Shown: positions 1-10,416, counted from the stretch's first letter. The stretch: 64,000 nt of DNA from an uncultured Desulfobacter sp. (GCA_963665095.1 OY762069.1:640001-704000), one strand, 5' to 3'. The notes: generated from the letters alone by a model not told the origin. Numbers and translations are program-made.

Positions 1-1
1 C

Positions 2-433
2 CCCATCCATATTCCACCCTTGCGGGAGCGAAGGGATGATATCCCGAAACTGGTGAGCTGGTTCGTGAATAAACACGAAAGAAAAATGGGTAAAAAGATC
101 ACTAGGATTTCCGAAGAGACCTTGGCGGATCTGTCGGGCCGCTATTGGGCCGGAAATGTCCGGGAGCTTGAAAATACCATACAGCGCGCCCTGATCGTCA
201 GCAGTCATGACCGGTTTGAGCTGTTTAATGACCGGCATTCTTCTCAGACTGAAGCGCCCCAGGTCCGCTTAGACACCCTTGAATCGGTTGAACGGGCACA
301 TATTCAGGCTGTGCTGGCTCAAACAAACGGAAGGATATACGGTCCCAAAGGTGCGGCTGTCATTCTGGACCTGAATCCCTCCACTTTGAGATTCAGAATT
401 AAAAAGCTGGGCATTACCAGAAACAAGCAATAA
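2..433 (+). CDS. Sigma54-dependent Fis-family activator, C-terminal part (5'-truncated by window)
   Basis: Frame open from base 2: PIHIPPLRER...WAGNVRELENTIQRA (AAA+ C-terminus) and C-terminal HTH 'GPKGAAVILDLNPSTLRFRIKKLGI'. Confidence 0.92.
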   Translation, partial: PIHIPPLRERRDDIPKLVSWFVNKHERKMGKKITRISEETLADLSGRYWAGNVRELENTIQRALIVSSHDRFELFNDRHSSQTEAPQVRLDTLESVERAHIQAVLAQTNGRIYGPKGAAVILDLNPSTLRFRIKKLGITRNKQ

Positions 434-442
434 CCATCCAAT

Positions 443-481
443 CGCAACATATGCCTGTTTTAGGAATATGTTGCGGTTTTT
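443..481 (+). terminator. Inverted repeat followed by T-run; probable intrinsic terminator (could alternatively be an activator binding site)
   Basis: cgcaacatat-gcct-gtttt-agga-atatgttgcg then gttttt, immediately after the stop codon at 433. Confidence 0.55.
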
Positions 482-572
482 CCCCATCACATTTCCTGCC
501 AAAATTTTCGCTTCAAGGAAATATCCGTTTATATTCAATCGGTTGAACAGAATTTAGTCCGTTTGATATCGG

Positions 573-588
573 TGGCATATATCTTTCA
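573..588 (+). promoter_or_regulatory. Possible sigma54 -24/-12 promoter for the abfD-like gene
   Basis: TGGCAT-ATATC-TTTCA resembles TGGCAC-N5-TTGC with an imperfect -12 box; adjacent to a sigma54 activator gene. Confidence 0.45.
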
Positions 589-654
589 ATTCAAGAATCA
601 TTCAAGAATCGGCCCTGGCCCCGGCCATAATTCAAACTCACAGGAGATACCAAT

Positions 655-2112
655 ATGCCAATTACAACAGCCAGCGACTATATCAACAGCCTCAAGCAGT
701 TGAACCCAACCATCTATTATATGGGAAAAACCATTCATGACGTCACCATACACCCGGCCACAGCCCCCCATGTGCGTGCCGCAGCCATGACCTATGCCAT
801 TGCCGGCCAGGATGAGTACCGGGAACTGGCCACTGCCACGTCTCATTTGACCGGGCGTACCATCAGCCGTTTCACGCATATCCATCAAAATACGGAAGAC
901 CTGATTAAAAAAGTAAAATTGCTCCGGAGCCTCGGGCAGAAAACCGGAACCTGCTTCCAGCGATGCGTTGGCTTTGACGGAATCAACGCTGTCTATGCAA
1001 CCATTTATGAGATTGATCAGGCATGTGGTACTGAATATATGGCCCGGTTCAGGGACTGGCTGGTCAGAATTCAAGATGAGAACCTGATGGTGGTCGGCGC
1101 CATGACAGATCCCAAGGGGGACCGCTCCAGAGGGCCCACCGAACAGGATGATCCGGATCAGTACGTTCACATTGTAAAGCGAAGCCCGGCCGGTATCGTC
1201 ATTCGGGGGGCCAAACTTCACATGACCGGTGCCGTCAACAGCCATGAAATCCTTGTCATGCCCACAACGGCCCTGGGCGAAACAGCAAAAGACTATGCAG
1301 TTGTCTGCTCCCTGACCATTGACGCCCCTGGGGTGAAGATGATTTTCGGGCGCCAGGCCAATGACAGCAGAAAGGACTTAAAAGAATCCATGGACGTGGG
1401 CAAACCGGCCTTTGGTGTTGTGGGAGGGGAAGCCATGCTGGTTTTTGAGGATGTGTTTGTGCCGTGGGAAAATGTCTATATGGATGGAGAAACGGATTTT
1501 GCCGGATTGATCGTTCACCGGTTTGCAGCCCATCACCGGGCCAATTACGGTGCCTGCAAAACCGGGCTGATGGATGTTCTCACCGGGGCAGTCAGTTACC
1601 TGACCCAGATCCAGGGCACCTCAAAGGGATCACATGTGAAGGACAAGGTAACTGAAATGATCCATTTGAGCGAAACGCTTTACAGCTCTTCCATTGCCTG
1701 TTCCGCAGAGGGCGCGAAAACGCCTTCCGGCGCATATCTCGTCAATACAATGCTGGCCAATGTCTGTAAACAGAACGTCACCCGGTTTCATTTTGAGGTT
1801 GCCCGCCTGGCAGTGGATCTGGCTGGCGGTTTTATTGCCACCATGCCGAGCGAACATGATTTGAACAACGAAGAGACCAGTTTCCTGGTCAGAAAGTATT
1901 TTGCCGGCGTTTCTAAGATTCCGGTGGAGGACCGCATCAAAATCGGCCGGCTGATTGAAGCCATGACCGGCGGCACGGGCCTTGTGGAATCCATGCACGG
2001 TGCCGGCTCCCCCCAGGCGCAACGAATCATGATTTTCAGGGAAGGGGATTTGAACAACAAAATCCGGATGGCCAAAGCCCTTGCCGGGATTCCCGGCAGG
2101 GAACCGCAATAG
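655..2112 (+). CDS. abfD: 4-hydroxybutyryl-CoA dehydratase / vinylacetyl-CoA isomerase (HpaB/AbfD family, FAD and [4Fe-4S])
   Basis: TGTCFQRCVGFDG, GAMTDPKGDRS, HHRANYGACKTG (Fe-S His/Cys ligands), ESMHGAGSPQAQR; SD 'aggaga' upstream. Confidence 0.85.
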   Translation: MPITTASDYINSLKQLNPTIYYMGKTIHDVTIHPATAPHVRAAAMTYAIAGQDEYRELATATSHLTGRTISRFTHIHQNTEDLIKKVKLLRSLGQKTGTCFQRCVGFDGINAVYATIYEIDQACGTEYMARFRDWLVRIQDENLMVVGAMTDPKGDRSRGPTEQDDPDQYVHIVKRSPAGIVIRGAKLHMTGAVNSHEILVMPTTALGETAKDYAVVCSLTIDAPGVKMIFGRQANDSRKDLKESMDVGKPAFGVVGGEAMLVFEDVFVPWENVYMDGETDFAGLIVHRFAAHHRANYGACKTGLMDVLTGAVSYLTQIQGTSKGSHVKDKVTEMIHLSETLYSSSIACSAEGAKTPSGAYLVNTMLANVCKQNVTRFHFEVARLAVDLAGGFIATMPSEHDLNNEETSFLVRKYFAGVSKIPVEDRIKIGRLIEAMTGGTGLVESMHGAGSPQAQRIMIFREGDLNNKIRMAKALAGIPGREPQ

Positions 2113-2204
2113 GTTCGGAGTATAGACGGATTCCTGCCCGGAAACCCTTTATCGGCAAGGTGCAACGCGGATTTGATTCCGGCCGGCGCAAGCCCTTATC
2201 GGTT

Positions 2205-3173
2205 TTAGAAGGTTGCGCCTTCTCCCTGCTTCAACAGGGCCGGGGCTTGTTTTCTGGGCTTTGCGATTTGCCGCAGCCAACCTGTATCCGGCGTATAATG
2301 GAGTCTGACCCTGAGAAATAATTCGTAGTTGATACTCCCGATGGTTAAATGATTGGATTCAGGTTCCCGTCCCCATGTCCAGACTTTTGATTTCAAAGCA
2401 GGGTCGTTGACGGGTGAAGGCTCCGGAACAAAGACCCAGTGGGTGACGTAGAAATAGGGCTTCATCTCCGGGACTTTTTTGTTGGCCGGTCTGCCGAGCC
2501 CCCAGAGTTCACAGACGGCTTCCCCTTTGGATAGCGGTCGCACCTGCCCTCCCGGCTCAAAGGTGTACATTGCCGTACAGGCCGGCGGAAGGAAATCGTG
2601 AATGCAAACCTGGAGTCCTTCGACAGAAAGCGCAAGATCCCCCGCTTTCACACTCAGAACTGAATTCAGCAAGGCCTTGTCACCCGAACTGCCGGTGGCC
2701 ATTACATCGCCCAGTTTGGTGCCGGAAGAAAGAGGCGACGGCTTGAATTGAGATCCTAATTTGGTAAACAGGTTGGAGTACTTGATGCAGTCGTCGTAAA
2801 GTTCGCTCCCGGCCCCCATCTTGGCCTTTTTGCCATACCGGTCTTTAAAGATGAGCATAAAACCGACGGTCAGGTAGATATCCAGAAGGCGATAATCGTC
2901 CAGAGAGTGAAATTTATTGATTAGCTGAATCCGCTTCCATACACGATCAGCAACATTGCCTTTGTTTTCAAAGAAGATGGCTTCGATCAGCGGGAGCAGG
3001 GATGATGGCCCGCTGGTGAAAAGGTTGGCCCAGATTACCGCAGTGAAACCACATACCCCCGAAAGCTGCTTAAGGCTCCATGGCCACAGCTTCATGTCCT
3101 GCCAGCGTTTTGGGAGATTTTTACCATACTTTTTGGGAATTGAATTAATTCTCATGTCGATATCGCCAGGCAT
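2205..3173 (-). CDS. Hypothetical protein, possible papain-like Cys-His fold
   Basis: 322-aa open frame; QLSGVCG, THWVFV and VWTWG motifs. Confidence 0.55.
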   Translation of the reverse strand: MPGDIDMRINSIPKKYGKNLPKRWQDMKLWPWSLKQLSGVCGFTAVIWANLFTSGPSSLLPLIEAIFFENKGNVADRVWKRIQLINKFHSLDDYRLLDIYLTVGFMLIFKDRYGKKAKMGAGSELYDDCIKYSNLFTKLGSQFKPSPLSSGTKLGDVMATGSSGDKALLNSVLSVKAGDLALSVEGLQVCIHDFLPPACTAMYTFEPGGQVRPLSKGEAVCELWGLGRPANKKVPEMKPYFYVTHWVFVPEPSPVNDPALKSKVWTWGREPESNHLTIGSINYELFLRVRLHYTPDTGWLRQIAKPRKQAPALLKQGEGATF

Positions 3174-4027
3174 TTTTTTAACCTTTCAAGTTTGGGGAAA
3201 ATAGGTACCTGCAAAATGTATTGGAATAACCCTATCAGCTGTACCGGCGCAAATCAAGCGGCAAGTTTCAGGGCAATCGCATGTAAAAAATACGGTTAAT
3301 CTCCAAGTAAATTGAATGGCAGCCAACGCTTCCAAGCAGCGTTGCGATATGGATTGCTGCCGCTATCCCTATCGGAAAAAGCCATTTTCTTTCATACATG
3401 AATGGGGGGGGAATACCCCGGCCCCGGCATGGAAGTCTTGTGGTTCAACCCGTTCCGGGCCGGTCGCCTGCCGTTCGCTGGCATCCGTTTGCACAACTTC
3501 TAAACTCGCTCCGTTAAACGGCAAGAACTGCGGTCCGGTAGGTCCTCAAACAACTTGCCGTTTTTGAACTCCGCTTCATTAAGAAGTTGTAGCAAACAGA
3601 TCCCTGATGCTCTCTTGCAGGTGACCGGCCCTCCACTGGAGGTCCGGAATAAAATTACGGATGATACCACTGTGTTTGAATTTGCCGGGGAAGTCAGTTG
3701 GAGAAGATTGGCTTTGGGGCTATGGGTGCTTTGGCGGCGCCGGGGAGGATAATACTTTATTATCCTTATGATCAGTTGTCGGCATTTTACACGCGATTGT
3801 CCTGGCAAGTTTCAAATCCACCGTCAGAGCCATGGCCCAAGGCCTTAAAAAACTTCAAGAACGCCGGTTCATGACCTTTACAAGAGGGACACGACGAAAA
3901 GGGAGGCCCGGACAGATCTTTTTCCTTCGTTTTAATGGGTGCTGCGGCTCCGGGGCGGGTACTTGACTTTGCCTGACAAAAAAACTACTCAGATATACGG
4001 CTGAAATAAAAAGAAAGGAATATTAAA

Positions 4028-4843
4028 ATGCCTTATTTTACAACCAATGACAAAGCAAAACTATTTTATGAAGACAAGGGCAGCGGTCGCCCCCTGATCA
4101 TGATTCCGGGCTGGGGGTGCTCCCATAATTTTTTTAAGAACAATATTGACGCATTGGCAAAGAGTTGCCGGGTCATTGCGCTGGACCTGCGCGGACATGG
4201 AGATTCGGGCAAGGTGGCGTGGGGACATCGGATTTCAAGGTATGCCAAGGATGTCAAAGAGCTCATTGAGGCGCTGGGGGTTGAAAATGTCACCCTTCTG
4301 GGGTGGTCCATGGGGGCGTCCATTATCTGGAGCTACATTGATCTGTTCGGCAATGAACACCTGGCCGGCCATGTGAGCGTGGACCAGTCTCCCAAACAGT
4401 ATTATGACGAAACTTGGCGCTGGGGGCAGCCCGGCTGCTATGATGCCGAAGCCCTGGCCATTCTGACAATCCGCCTGGAGTATGACCCTGAAAGTGCAGC
4501 CCGGGGCCTGGTTCCGGCCTGCTTTGGAGACGCACCTCCCACCCAGGATGAGGTTGAATATTTCGGAAGGGAAATCGACAAATGCCCGGGGAGAATTCGG
4601 GCACTGATCATGGCGGACCACACCCACCTGGACTGGCGGGATCTTCTGCCCACCATCAAGCTGCCGGTTCTTGTGTGTGTCGGGCGTCAGTCAAAGGTCT
4701 TTCCCTGGGAAGGCAGTGCCTATGTTGGAGAACAGATCCCCGGAGCCAAAACGGTTTTTTTTGAAAACAGCGGCCATATGCTGTTCTACACTGAACCTGG
4801 AAAATTCAATCAGACAGTGGCTGATTTCGTCAACAGCCTGTAA
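4028..4843 (+). CDS. Alpha/beta hydrolase (non-heme haloperoxidase/arylesterase-like)
   Basis: LFYEDKGSGRP, DLRGHGDS, nucleophile GWSMG, C-terminal SGHM; SD 'aaagga'. Confidence 0.92.
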   Translation: MPYFTTNDKAKLFYEDKGSGRPLIMIPGWGCSHNFFKNNIDALAKSCRVIALDLRGHGDSGKVAWGHRISRYAKDVKELIEALGVENVTLLGWSMGASIIWSYIDLFGNEHLAGHVSVDQSPKQYYDETWRWGQPGCYDAEALAILTIRLEYDPESAARGLVPACFGDAPPTQDEVEYFGREIDKCPGRIRALIMADHTHLDWRDLLPTIKLPVLVCVGRQSKVFPWEGSAYVGEQIPGAKTVFFENSGHMLFYTEPGKFNQTVADFVNSL

Positions 4844-4993
4844 ACTTGCGTCAGCCGGGGGCTGGCCTCTTCGCCACCGGTGTTGCTGTGGCCAGCACCC
4901 CGTTGTAACGCTATTCCTGGACAAAAAACCTTAGGTATTGTCACTTGGTCGCTGATGCTGTGAGTGGTACGCAACTGCCCGTTTAAACCGGTG

Positions 4994-6242
4994 TTATCGT
5001 CTTGCCCCACCGGAACTCCGGCAAATAAGGTCAATAATCAAGGTCTGCCCCATTGTCTTTATGATGGCTTTGACATCCACATGTTTTTCAAAATGCCGGG
5101 CCAGCATGTCATACTGTTGGTTCCTGGCCTGAAGACCGCACTCTTCCGGGACTTCCAGATCTTTCAAACCTAAAAGGCCCAGCCATTTTTTCAGGATGGG
5201 GGATGCGTCGAACAGCCCGTGCATATAGGTGCCCATGACCCGGCCCGAGCCTGCCATGGCACCGTCGAAATCCGTGCAGGGGGTCTGGTTTCTCTCTTTT
5301 ACGCTGAGCAGGCCGTCATTGGCGGTTTTTCCTGAAGCAATCTGGTCGGAAGAGCCTGTCTGGCCCATGTGAATTTCATAACCCAACCCTGGGGTGCCAT
5401 CCCATTCAAACTTGGAAATGGTGGTGGTTTTGGGCGCTTTAAGCACGGTTTCAAGGGGCAGAAGGCCCAAGCCGTCTGTGGCACCGGGGGTGCCTTCAAG
5501 GCCGTGGGGGTCATGCACTTTGGTGCCCAGCATCTGGTAGCCGCCGCAGACACCCAGGACATGGCCGTCTTTTTCTCGATCCACTCCATCCCTTCTTTGA
5601 ACAGGGCAATGTCGCCTCTGAACCGGTTGATGATAAAACCTGCAATCTGGTCTTTTTCCGCCTTGTTCAGGCAATCAAGTGTGCCCACGATCTGGGCAAA
5701 GACCCCGCCCCGGTCAATGTCTGCGGTGAGAATTACCGGTGCATGGGCATAGGCGGCCATTTTCAGGTTTACAATATCCTTGGACATGAGATTGACTTCC
5801 GCACAGGAACCCTCCCCCTCCAGCACCACGATATCATTGGCGGCGCGCAGCTGGTCCAGAGCCCCGCAGGCCGTATCCCACAGCCGGTCCTTTTCCTGGT
5901 GGTACTCCACAGCGGAAAGGTCCTTATGCACCTTCCCAAGCAGGACCACCTGGGAGCCGATCTGGGTAACGGGCTTGAGCAACACCGGGTTCATATCCAC
6001 ATGGGGGGCAATGCGGGCCGCTTCGGCCTGGACAATCTGGGCCCGGCCCATTTCAAGTCCTTCCGGGGTGACGCCTGAATTGTTGGACATATTCTGGGCC
6101 TTGTAAGGGGCCACCCGTTTCCCCTGGTTGGAAAAAATACGGCACAACGCCGTTGCCACCATGCTTTTGCCCACATCGGAACCAGTGCCGAATGCTGCGA
6201 TACACTTTGCTTTTTCAGGATTGGGGTCCTGGTCATTAGCAT
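4994..6242 (-). pseudogene. cobQ: Cobyric acid synthase, disrupted by an internal deletion with frameshift near 5565 and an apparent frameshift near 6211-6215
   Basis: AKCIAAFGTGSDVGKS, PYKAQNMSNNS, DIDRGGVFA, INRFRGD in one frame; GATase motifs LGVCGGYQMLG, GYEIHMG, GTYMHGLFD in another frame; the intervening CobQ region is missing. Confidence 0.88.
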
Positions 6243-6333
6243 GGCGTCAATTACCGGCAGTGACAGGGTTAACACCTTGAAACTTTGCAACTTTAACGTG
6301 AACATCTGCGGTCTGTCCGCAGCATGTTTTTGT

Positions 6334-7001
6334 GTGTGCCGGGCACGGCACGTGTTCTTAAAAGTGAGTCAAACGTAAACGATTTCAATGCCTTTGGCAA
6401 GTCTTAGACCCAGCCGGATGGAGGCGAAGGGTGTATGGTAGTGCAACGGGGTACCGGTGACGGTGCTTCGGGGGGAAGCCGCCTTGCTGAGGCAAGGTAC
6501 CACGAAGGTACGGGATGACGTACAGGAATCGGATATAAGGCGCACATACCGGGACGAGCCTGCACAACAAGGTGAAGTCCTTTATCCATTACAGGGTATG
6601 TCCGTAAATCCGGCATTCACGTACTGAAAGACACGTGTTTACCCCGGGAGATCTCCCATGTGCCGGATTGGCTGAGGGCCGGGTAACTGGTCCTGACCGC
6701 ATGGGAGAAGTCAGCAGAGGGCATAGTAGTCGGAAGAAACGAGCCGGGCCTCCCTGGCATGGGAGAAGTACACCCGGAGGCCTCACCCCGATGAAGGCCT
6801 GAACGGTACCCGGGCCGAATGGCTTGGGTAAATGGTTGTGGTGAGTAAGTAGAAGGATTTTATGGGAATAATGCGGCAGTGGCCGAAATTTCTATAGCAA
6901 GACTTTGCCCAAAACCCGATAAAATCGGTGGGATAACCTACAACTGATTTTATTCATACCAGCCGAACCGCCTTGGTACGTGATCCGTATGCCGGGTGGT
7001 G
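6334..7001 (+). mobile_element. ORF-less group II intron (5' end to domain V)
   Basis: 5' GTGTGCCGGGCACGGCACGTG; internal 'accccgggagatctc', 'aagtcagcagagggcatagtag' and 'gaaggcctgaac'; domain V 'gaaccgccttggtacgtgatccgtatgccgggtggtg' at 6965-7001; only about 160 nt where the RT ORF should be. Confidence 0.8.
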
Positions 7002-7210
7002 GTGTGCCATGAGAGCAGAAGGTTTTGCTCGAAACTGTAGGAAAGATGGAGGAAGGCCCTCCGGTGACGACTTCCAGAAGTAGTTACCAAACTACCGTGA
7101 GCTGCGTTGATTAAGAGTCAACGTGGTGAGCGTCACGGAAAAGGCAGGACAAAGAGCCTGTCAGGTATGAGATTTGGAGATGAGCGTAAGCGAACCGCTG
7201 ATGACGTGTC
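7002..7210 (+). mobile_element. 5' fragment of a second group II intron inserted at the 3' edge of domain V of the first
   Basis: New GTGTGCC start replaces the expected domain VI; contains the domain-I-like 'gatgagcgtaagcgaaccgctgatgacgtgtc'; no second domain V found. Confidence 0.6.
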
Positions 7211-7334
7211 TTGTTGTACCCCGTGAATGGATACGGGGAGGATGATTCAGGAGAACCATATTTCCCCTGGTAGGACAATTTTCGCTTTTATGGCCAGGAC
7301 AATGTGATTCCTGAGCTGAAAAATATGACACAAT

Positions 7335-7370
7335 AAAAAAAGAGGGGAACTGCTTTCCCCTCTTTTTGTT
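7335..7370. terminator. Bidirectional intrinsic terminator-like hairpin
   Basis: aaaaagaggggaa-ctgct-ttcccctcttttt. Confidence 0.75.
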
Positions 7371-7495
7371 TGTGGCCCTTTGAAATCAGTCCTTTTTAGG
7401 CTATATGAAAGTGCAGATGAACATGCAGGCTATATCTGATTGGCAGGATATGTCAGCAGTATTAAAACTGACTCAGTGGAAGATAGGGCAAAATT

Positions 7496-8110
7496 ATGAT
7501 CACGGCAGAGTTTTTAATCACATCACTGGTGGTGGTGCTGGTTCCGGGAACCGGTGTGATTTACACGGTGTCAAACGGGCTTTTTCTTGGCCGGCGGGCA
7601 GGCATTGCAGCGGCGTTCGGATGCACAGCCGGTATTATTCCCCATCTGACAGCCTGCATTCTGGGGTTGTCCGCAATTCTTCACACCAGTGCCCTGGTAT
7701 TTCAGACCGTTAAATATGCCGGTGCTGTATATCTTTTTTATCTGGCATGGGCCATGTGGCGGGAGACCGGGGGGATCTCCATTGCATCACCGTCGCATGA
7801 AAGCGGGCTGTGGCGGATTGCGGTAAGGGGGTTTTTGATCAACATACTTAACCCGAAGCTCTCTATTTTTTTTCTGGCCTTTCTGCCCTTGTTTGTATCC
7901 CCTGAAGCCGTTTCCCCGGTATGTCAGTTACTTTTGTTAAGCGCTGTGTTCATGGCAATGACTCTGGTTGTGTTTATCCTCTACGGGCTGTCGGCAAACG
8001 CTGCCCGCAGGTATATTGTGGGTTCCCCAAAGGTGGTGACCTGGATGCAGCGGTCTTTTGCCGCCATTTTTGCCATTCTTGGGGCTAAACTTGCCCTGGT
8101 CAATGAATAG
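7496..8110 (+). CDS. LysE/RhtB family translocator
   Basis: LVPGTGVIYTV, KYAGAVYLFYLAW, GFLINILNPK, FFLAFLPLF; hydrophobic helices. Confidence 0.93.
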   Translation: MITAEFLITSLVVVLVPGTGVIYTVSNGLFLGRRAGIAAAFGCTAGIIPHLTACILGLSAILHTSALVFQTVKYAGAVYLFYLAWAMWRETGGISIASPSHESGLWRIAVRGFLINILNPKLSIFFLAFLPLFVSPEAVSPVCQLLLLSAVFMAMTLVVFILYGLSANAARRYIVGSPKVVTWMQRSFAAIFAILGAKLALVNE

Positions 8111-8134
8111 AATATTTTGGAAAGGTAGTGTTGC

Positions 8135-8908
8135 ATGATGGGTCAGGATCCCGGTTTGATGCTCTTCTGGCAGTTACCGCTTCTGTTTGGGGTGGGAATT
8201 ATTGCAGGTATTTTAAATGTTCTGGCCGGCGGCGGCTCATTGCTGACCCTGCCGCTGCTTATCTTTATGGGGCTTCCCAGTGCCGTGGCCAACGGGACCA
8301 ACCGCGTGGCCATTTTCTGTCAGAACCTGTTTGCCATTCGCGGCTTTCGCAAGCAGGGCTATTTCCCGGTGGATCTGGTGCTGCTGTGCACCCCGACGGC
8401 GCTTCTGGGCAGCTGGCTGGGGGCCAGCCTTGCCATCAGTATGGATGATATCGTGTTCAACCGGTTGCTGGCCGGCATTATGATCTGTGTATTGATTTTC
8501 ACTGCCGTTGATCCCATGAAACGCATGCGAAAGGAAGATATTCGTTTCAGTGCATGGCGCAAGGGGGTACTGGCGATCTCTTTCTTTTTTGTGGGCATTT
8601 ACGGCGGCTTTGTCCAGGCGGGTGTGGGGTTTATTATCATTGCCGCACTGCTTGCCCACGGTCTGGATCTGGTGCGCATCAACGCGGTCAAGGTCTTTGT
8701 TGTGTTTGTATACACAGCGGTTGCTCTGGGCGTGTTTGTCTGGCACGGAGAGGTGAATTATCTGCTGGGATTTGGCCTTGCTGCAGGTAACTCCATAGGC
8801 GGGGCCATTGGCCCTAAACTTGCCGTTGACAAGGGCCATGACTGGATTAAGAAACTGGTCAATGTGACAGTGCTGGTCTTTGCGCTCAAACTGCTGATTT
8901 TTCCCTGA
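8135..8908 (+). CDS. TauE/SafE family (sulfite exporter-like) permease
   Basis: AGGGSLLTLPLL, ANGTNRV, GIYGGFVQAGVG; about 8 TM segments. Confidence 0.9.
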   Translation: MMGQDPGLMLFWQLPLLFGVGIIAGILNVLAGGGSLLTLPLLIFMGLPSAVANGTNRVAIFCQNLFAIRGFRKQGYFPVDLVLLCTPTALLGSWLGASLAISMDDIVFNRLLAGIMICVLIFTAVDPMKRMRKEDIRFSAWRKGVLAISFFFVGIYGGFVQAGVGFIIIAALLAHGLDLVRINAVKVFVVFVYTAVALGVFVWHGEVNYLLGFGLAAGNSIGGAIGPKLAVDKGHDWIKKLVNVTVLVFALKLLIFP

Positions 8909-9024
8909 TCCGGACTCAGGGGGCATGCCACATTCTCCTTGACAAAAATAAAGCGCCTATCTTAAGTACAGCCATGCCCTTTTGAGCAGACAGACCACAT
9001 TTGAATCCGGATAATTAGGAGCAG

Positions 9025-10416
9025 ATGCCCGTTATGAGTATCCCCGCCATTGATAAAAAGTTACTGGAAGCTTTGCTCAATAACCCCTATGAATGCCTTA
9101 TCCTCATTGACAACCAGGGCATTGTCCGCTTTATGAGCGATGCCAATGACGGCATTTATCATATCGACGTAAAAAACAGCATCGGGCGGCACATCAACGA
9201 AGTAAGCCCTAAAAGTGAAATGTTCAATGTTATTGAAACAGGAAAGGCTGTTATCGGCGAAAGCATGATCCTGAAAAATCAGGAAATGGTAGTTGGCAGA
9301 TTTCCGCTCTATCATAACGGGAAAATTATCGGTGTTGCCGGCAAATTAATGTTTCTCCATCCGGAAAAGCTCAAACAGCTCTACGAGCGCATCAATGTGC
9401 TTAAAGGCCGGATGGATTATTATAAAAATGAACTTCATAAGGCCTATGGCGCCTATTACGGGTTCAGCAATATTATTGGTAATTCAAAACCCATCCGGCA
9501 GGCCATTGAACTGGGGAAAAAAGTGGCGGCGTCAACCTCCCAGGTGCTGATCCAGGGGGAATCCGGTACGGGCAAGGAACTGTTTGCCCATGCCATACAT
9601 GAAGCCAGTAAACGCTGTGATCAGCCCTTTGTCAGTGTCAACTGTGCCTCAATTCCCAATGACCTGTTCGAGTCAGAGTTTTTCGGCTACCAGCCCGGGG
9701 CGTTTACCGGTGCCAATAAAAAGGGAAAGGTGGGAAAATTTGAAATTGCCCACGGCGGAACTATTTTCCTGGATGAGATCGGGGATATGCCCCTGAATCT
9801 TCAGACCAAGCTGTTGCGCGTGCTCCAGGAAAAGGAGATTGAACCCATTGGGGCGGCAAAGCCCAAAAAGGTGGACTTCCGGCTGATCAGTGCCACCAAC
9901 CAGAATATCGACGCATTGATAGAAAACAAACAGTTCCGCCTGGACCTTTACTACCGCATTAATCTGGTCACCATCAAGCTGCCGCCTTTAAGAAAAATAA
10001 AAACCGATATCCCTTTGCTGGCGGCCAGGTTTCTGGAAGACCTGGGCAGAAAAAGCGCGCCCTTTAAAATTTCTGACGAAGCCATGGCCGCACTCATGGA
10101 GTACTCATGGCCCGGCAATGTCCGGGAGCTGAAAAATGTGATAGAACGGGCCAGCATCGTTTGTAAAAATCAGTTTATCAGGCCGGCTGACCTGCCCAAC
10201 AGCATGCAGCAGGAGACAGGTCCGCTGCCTGCTTCCGCGCCGGCCATGGGTATCTGCGACTTTCCAGATCTTAAAACCCTGATGGAAGAGACGGAAAAAA
10301 AGGCCATTGCCGATGCACTGGCGCTCTCCAAAGGCAGACGGGCCAATGCAGCCGGGCTTCTGGGGATTCACCGGACTGGTCTTTATCAAAAAATGAAAAA
10401 ATACAACCTGATCTGA
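9025..10416 (+). CDS. PAS-domain sigma54-dependent transcriptional activator
   Basis: N-terminal PAS; GESGTGKE, GAFTGA, FLDEIGDM, WPGNVREL; C-terminal HTH. Confidence 0.95.
   Translation: MPVMSIPAIDKKLLEALLNNPYECLILIDNQGIVRFMSDANDGIYHIDVKNSIGRHINEVSPKSEMFNVIETGKAVIGESMILKNQEMVVGRFPLYHNGKIIGVAGKLMFLHPEKLKQLYERINVLKGRMDYYKNELHKAYGAYYGFSNIIGNSKPIRQAIELGKKVAASTSQVLIQGESGTGKELFAHAIHEASKRCDQPFVSVNCASIPNDLFESEFFGYQPGAFTGANKKGKVGKFEIAHGGTIFLDEIGDMPLNLQTKLLRVLQEKEIEPIGAAKPKKVDFRLISATNQNIDALIENKQFRLDLYYRINLVTIKLPPLRKIKTDIPLLAARFLEDLGRKSAPFKISDEAMAALMEYSWPGNVRELKNVIERASIVCKNQFIRPADLPNSMQQETGPLPASAPAMGICDFPDLKTLMEETEKKAIADALALSKGRRANAAGLLGIHRTGLYQKMKKYNLI

Noticed and set aside
3316..3808. Short ORFs between the orphan gene and the hydrolase
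   Set aside because: No motifs, no clear SD, and mutually overlapping; probably non-coding or decayed sequence
6385..6786. Short minus-strand ORFs in the ORF track
   Set aside because: They are antisense to the group II intron RNA structure and have no RT motifs
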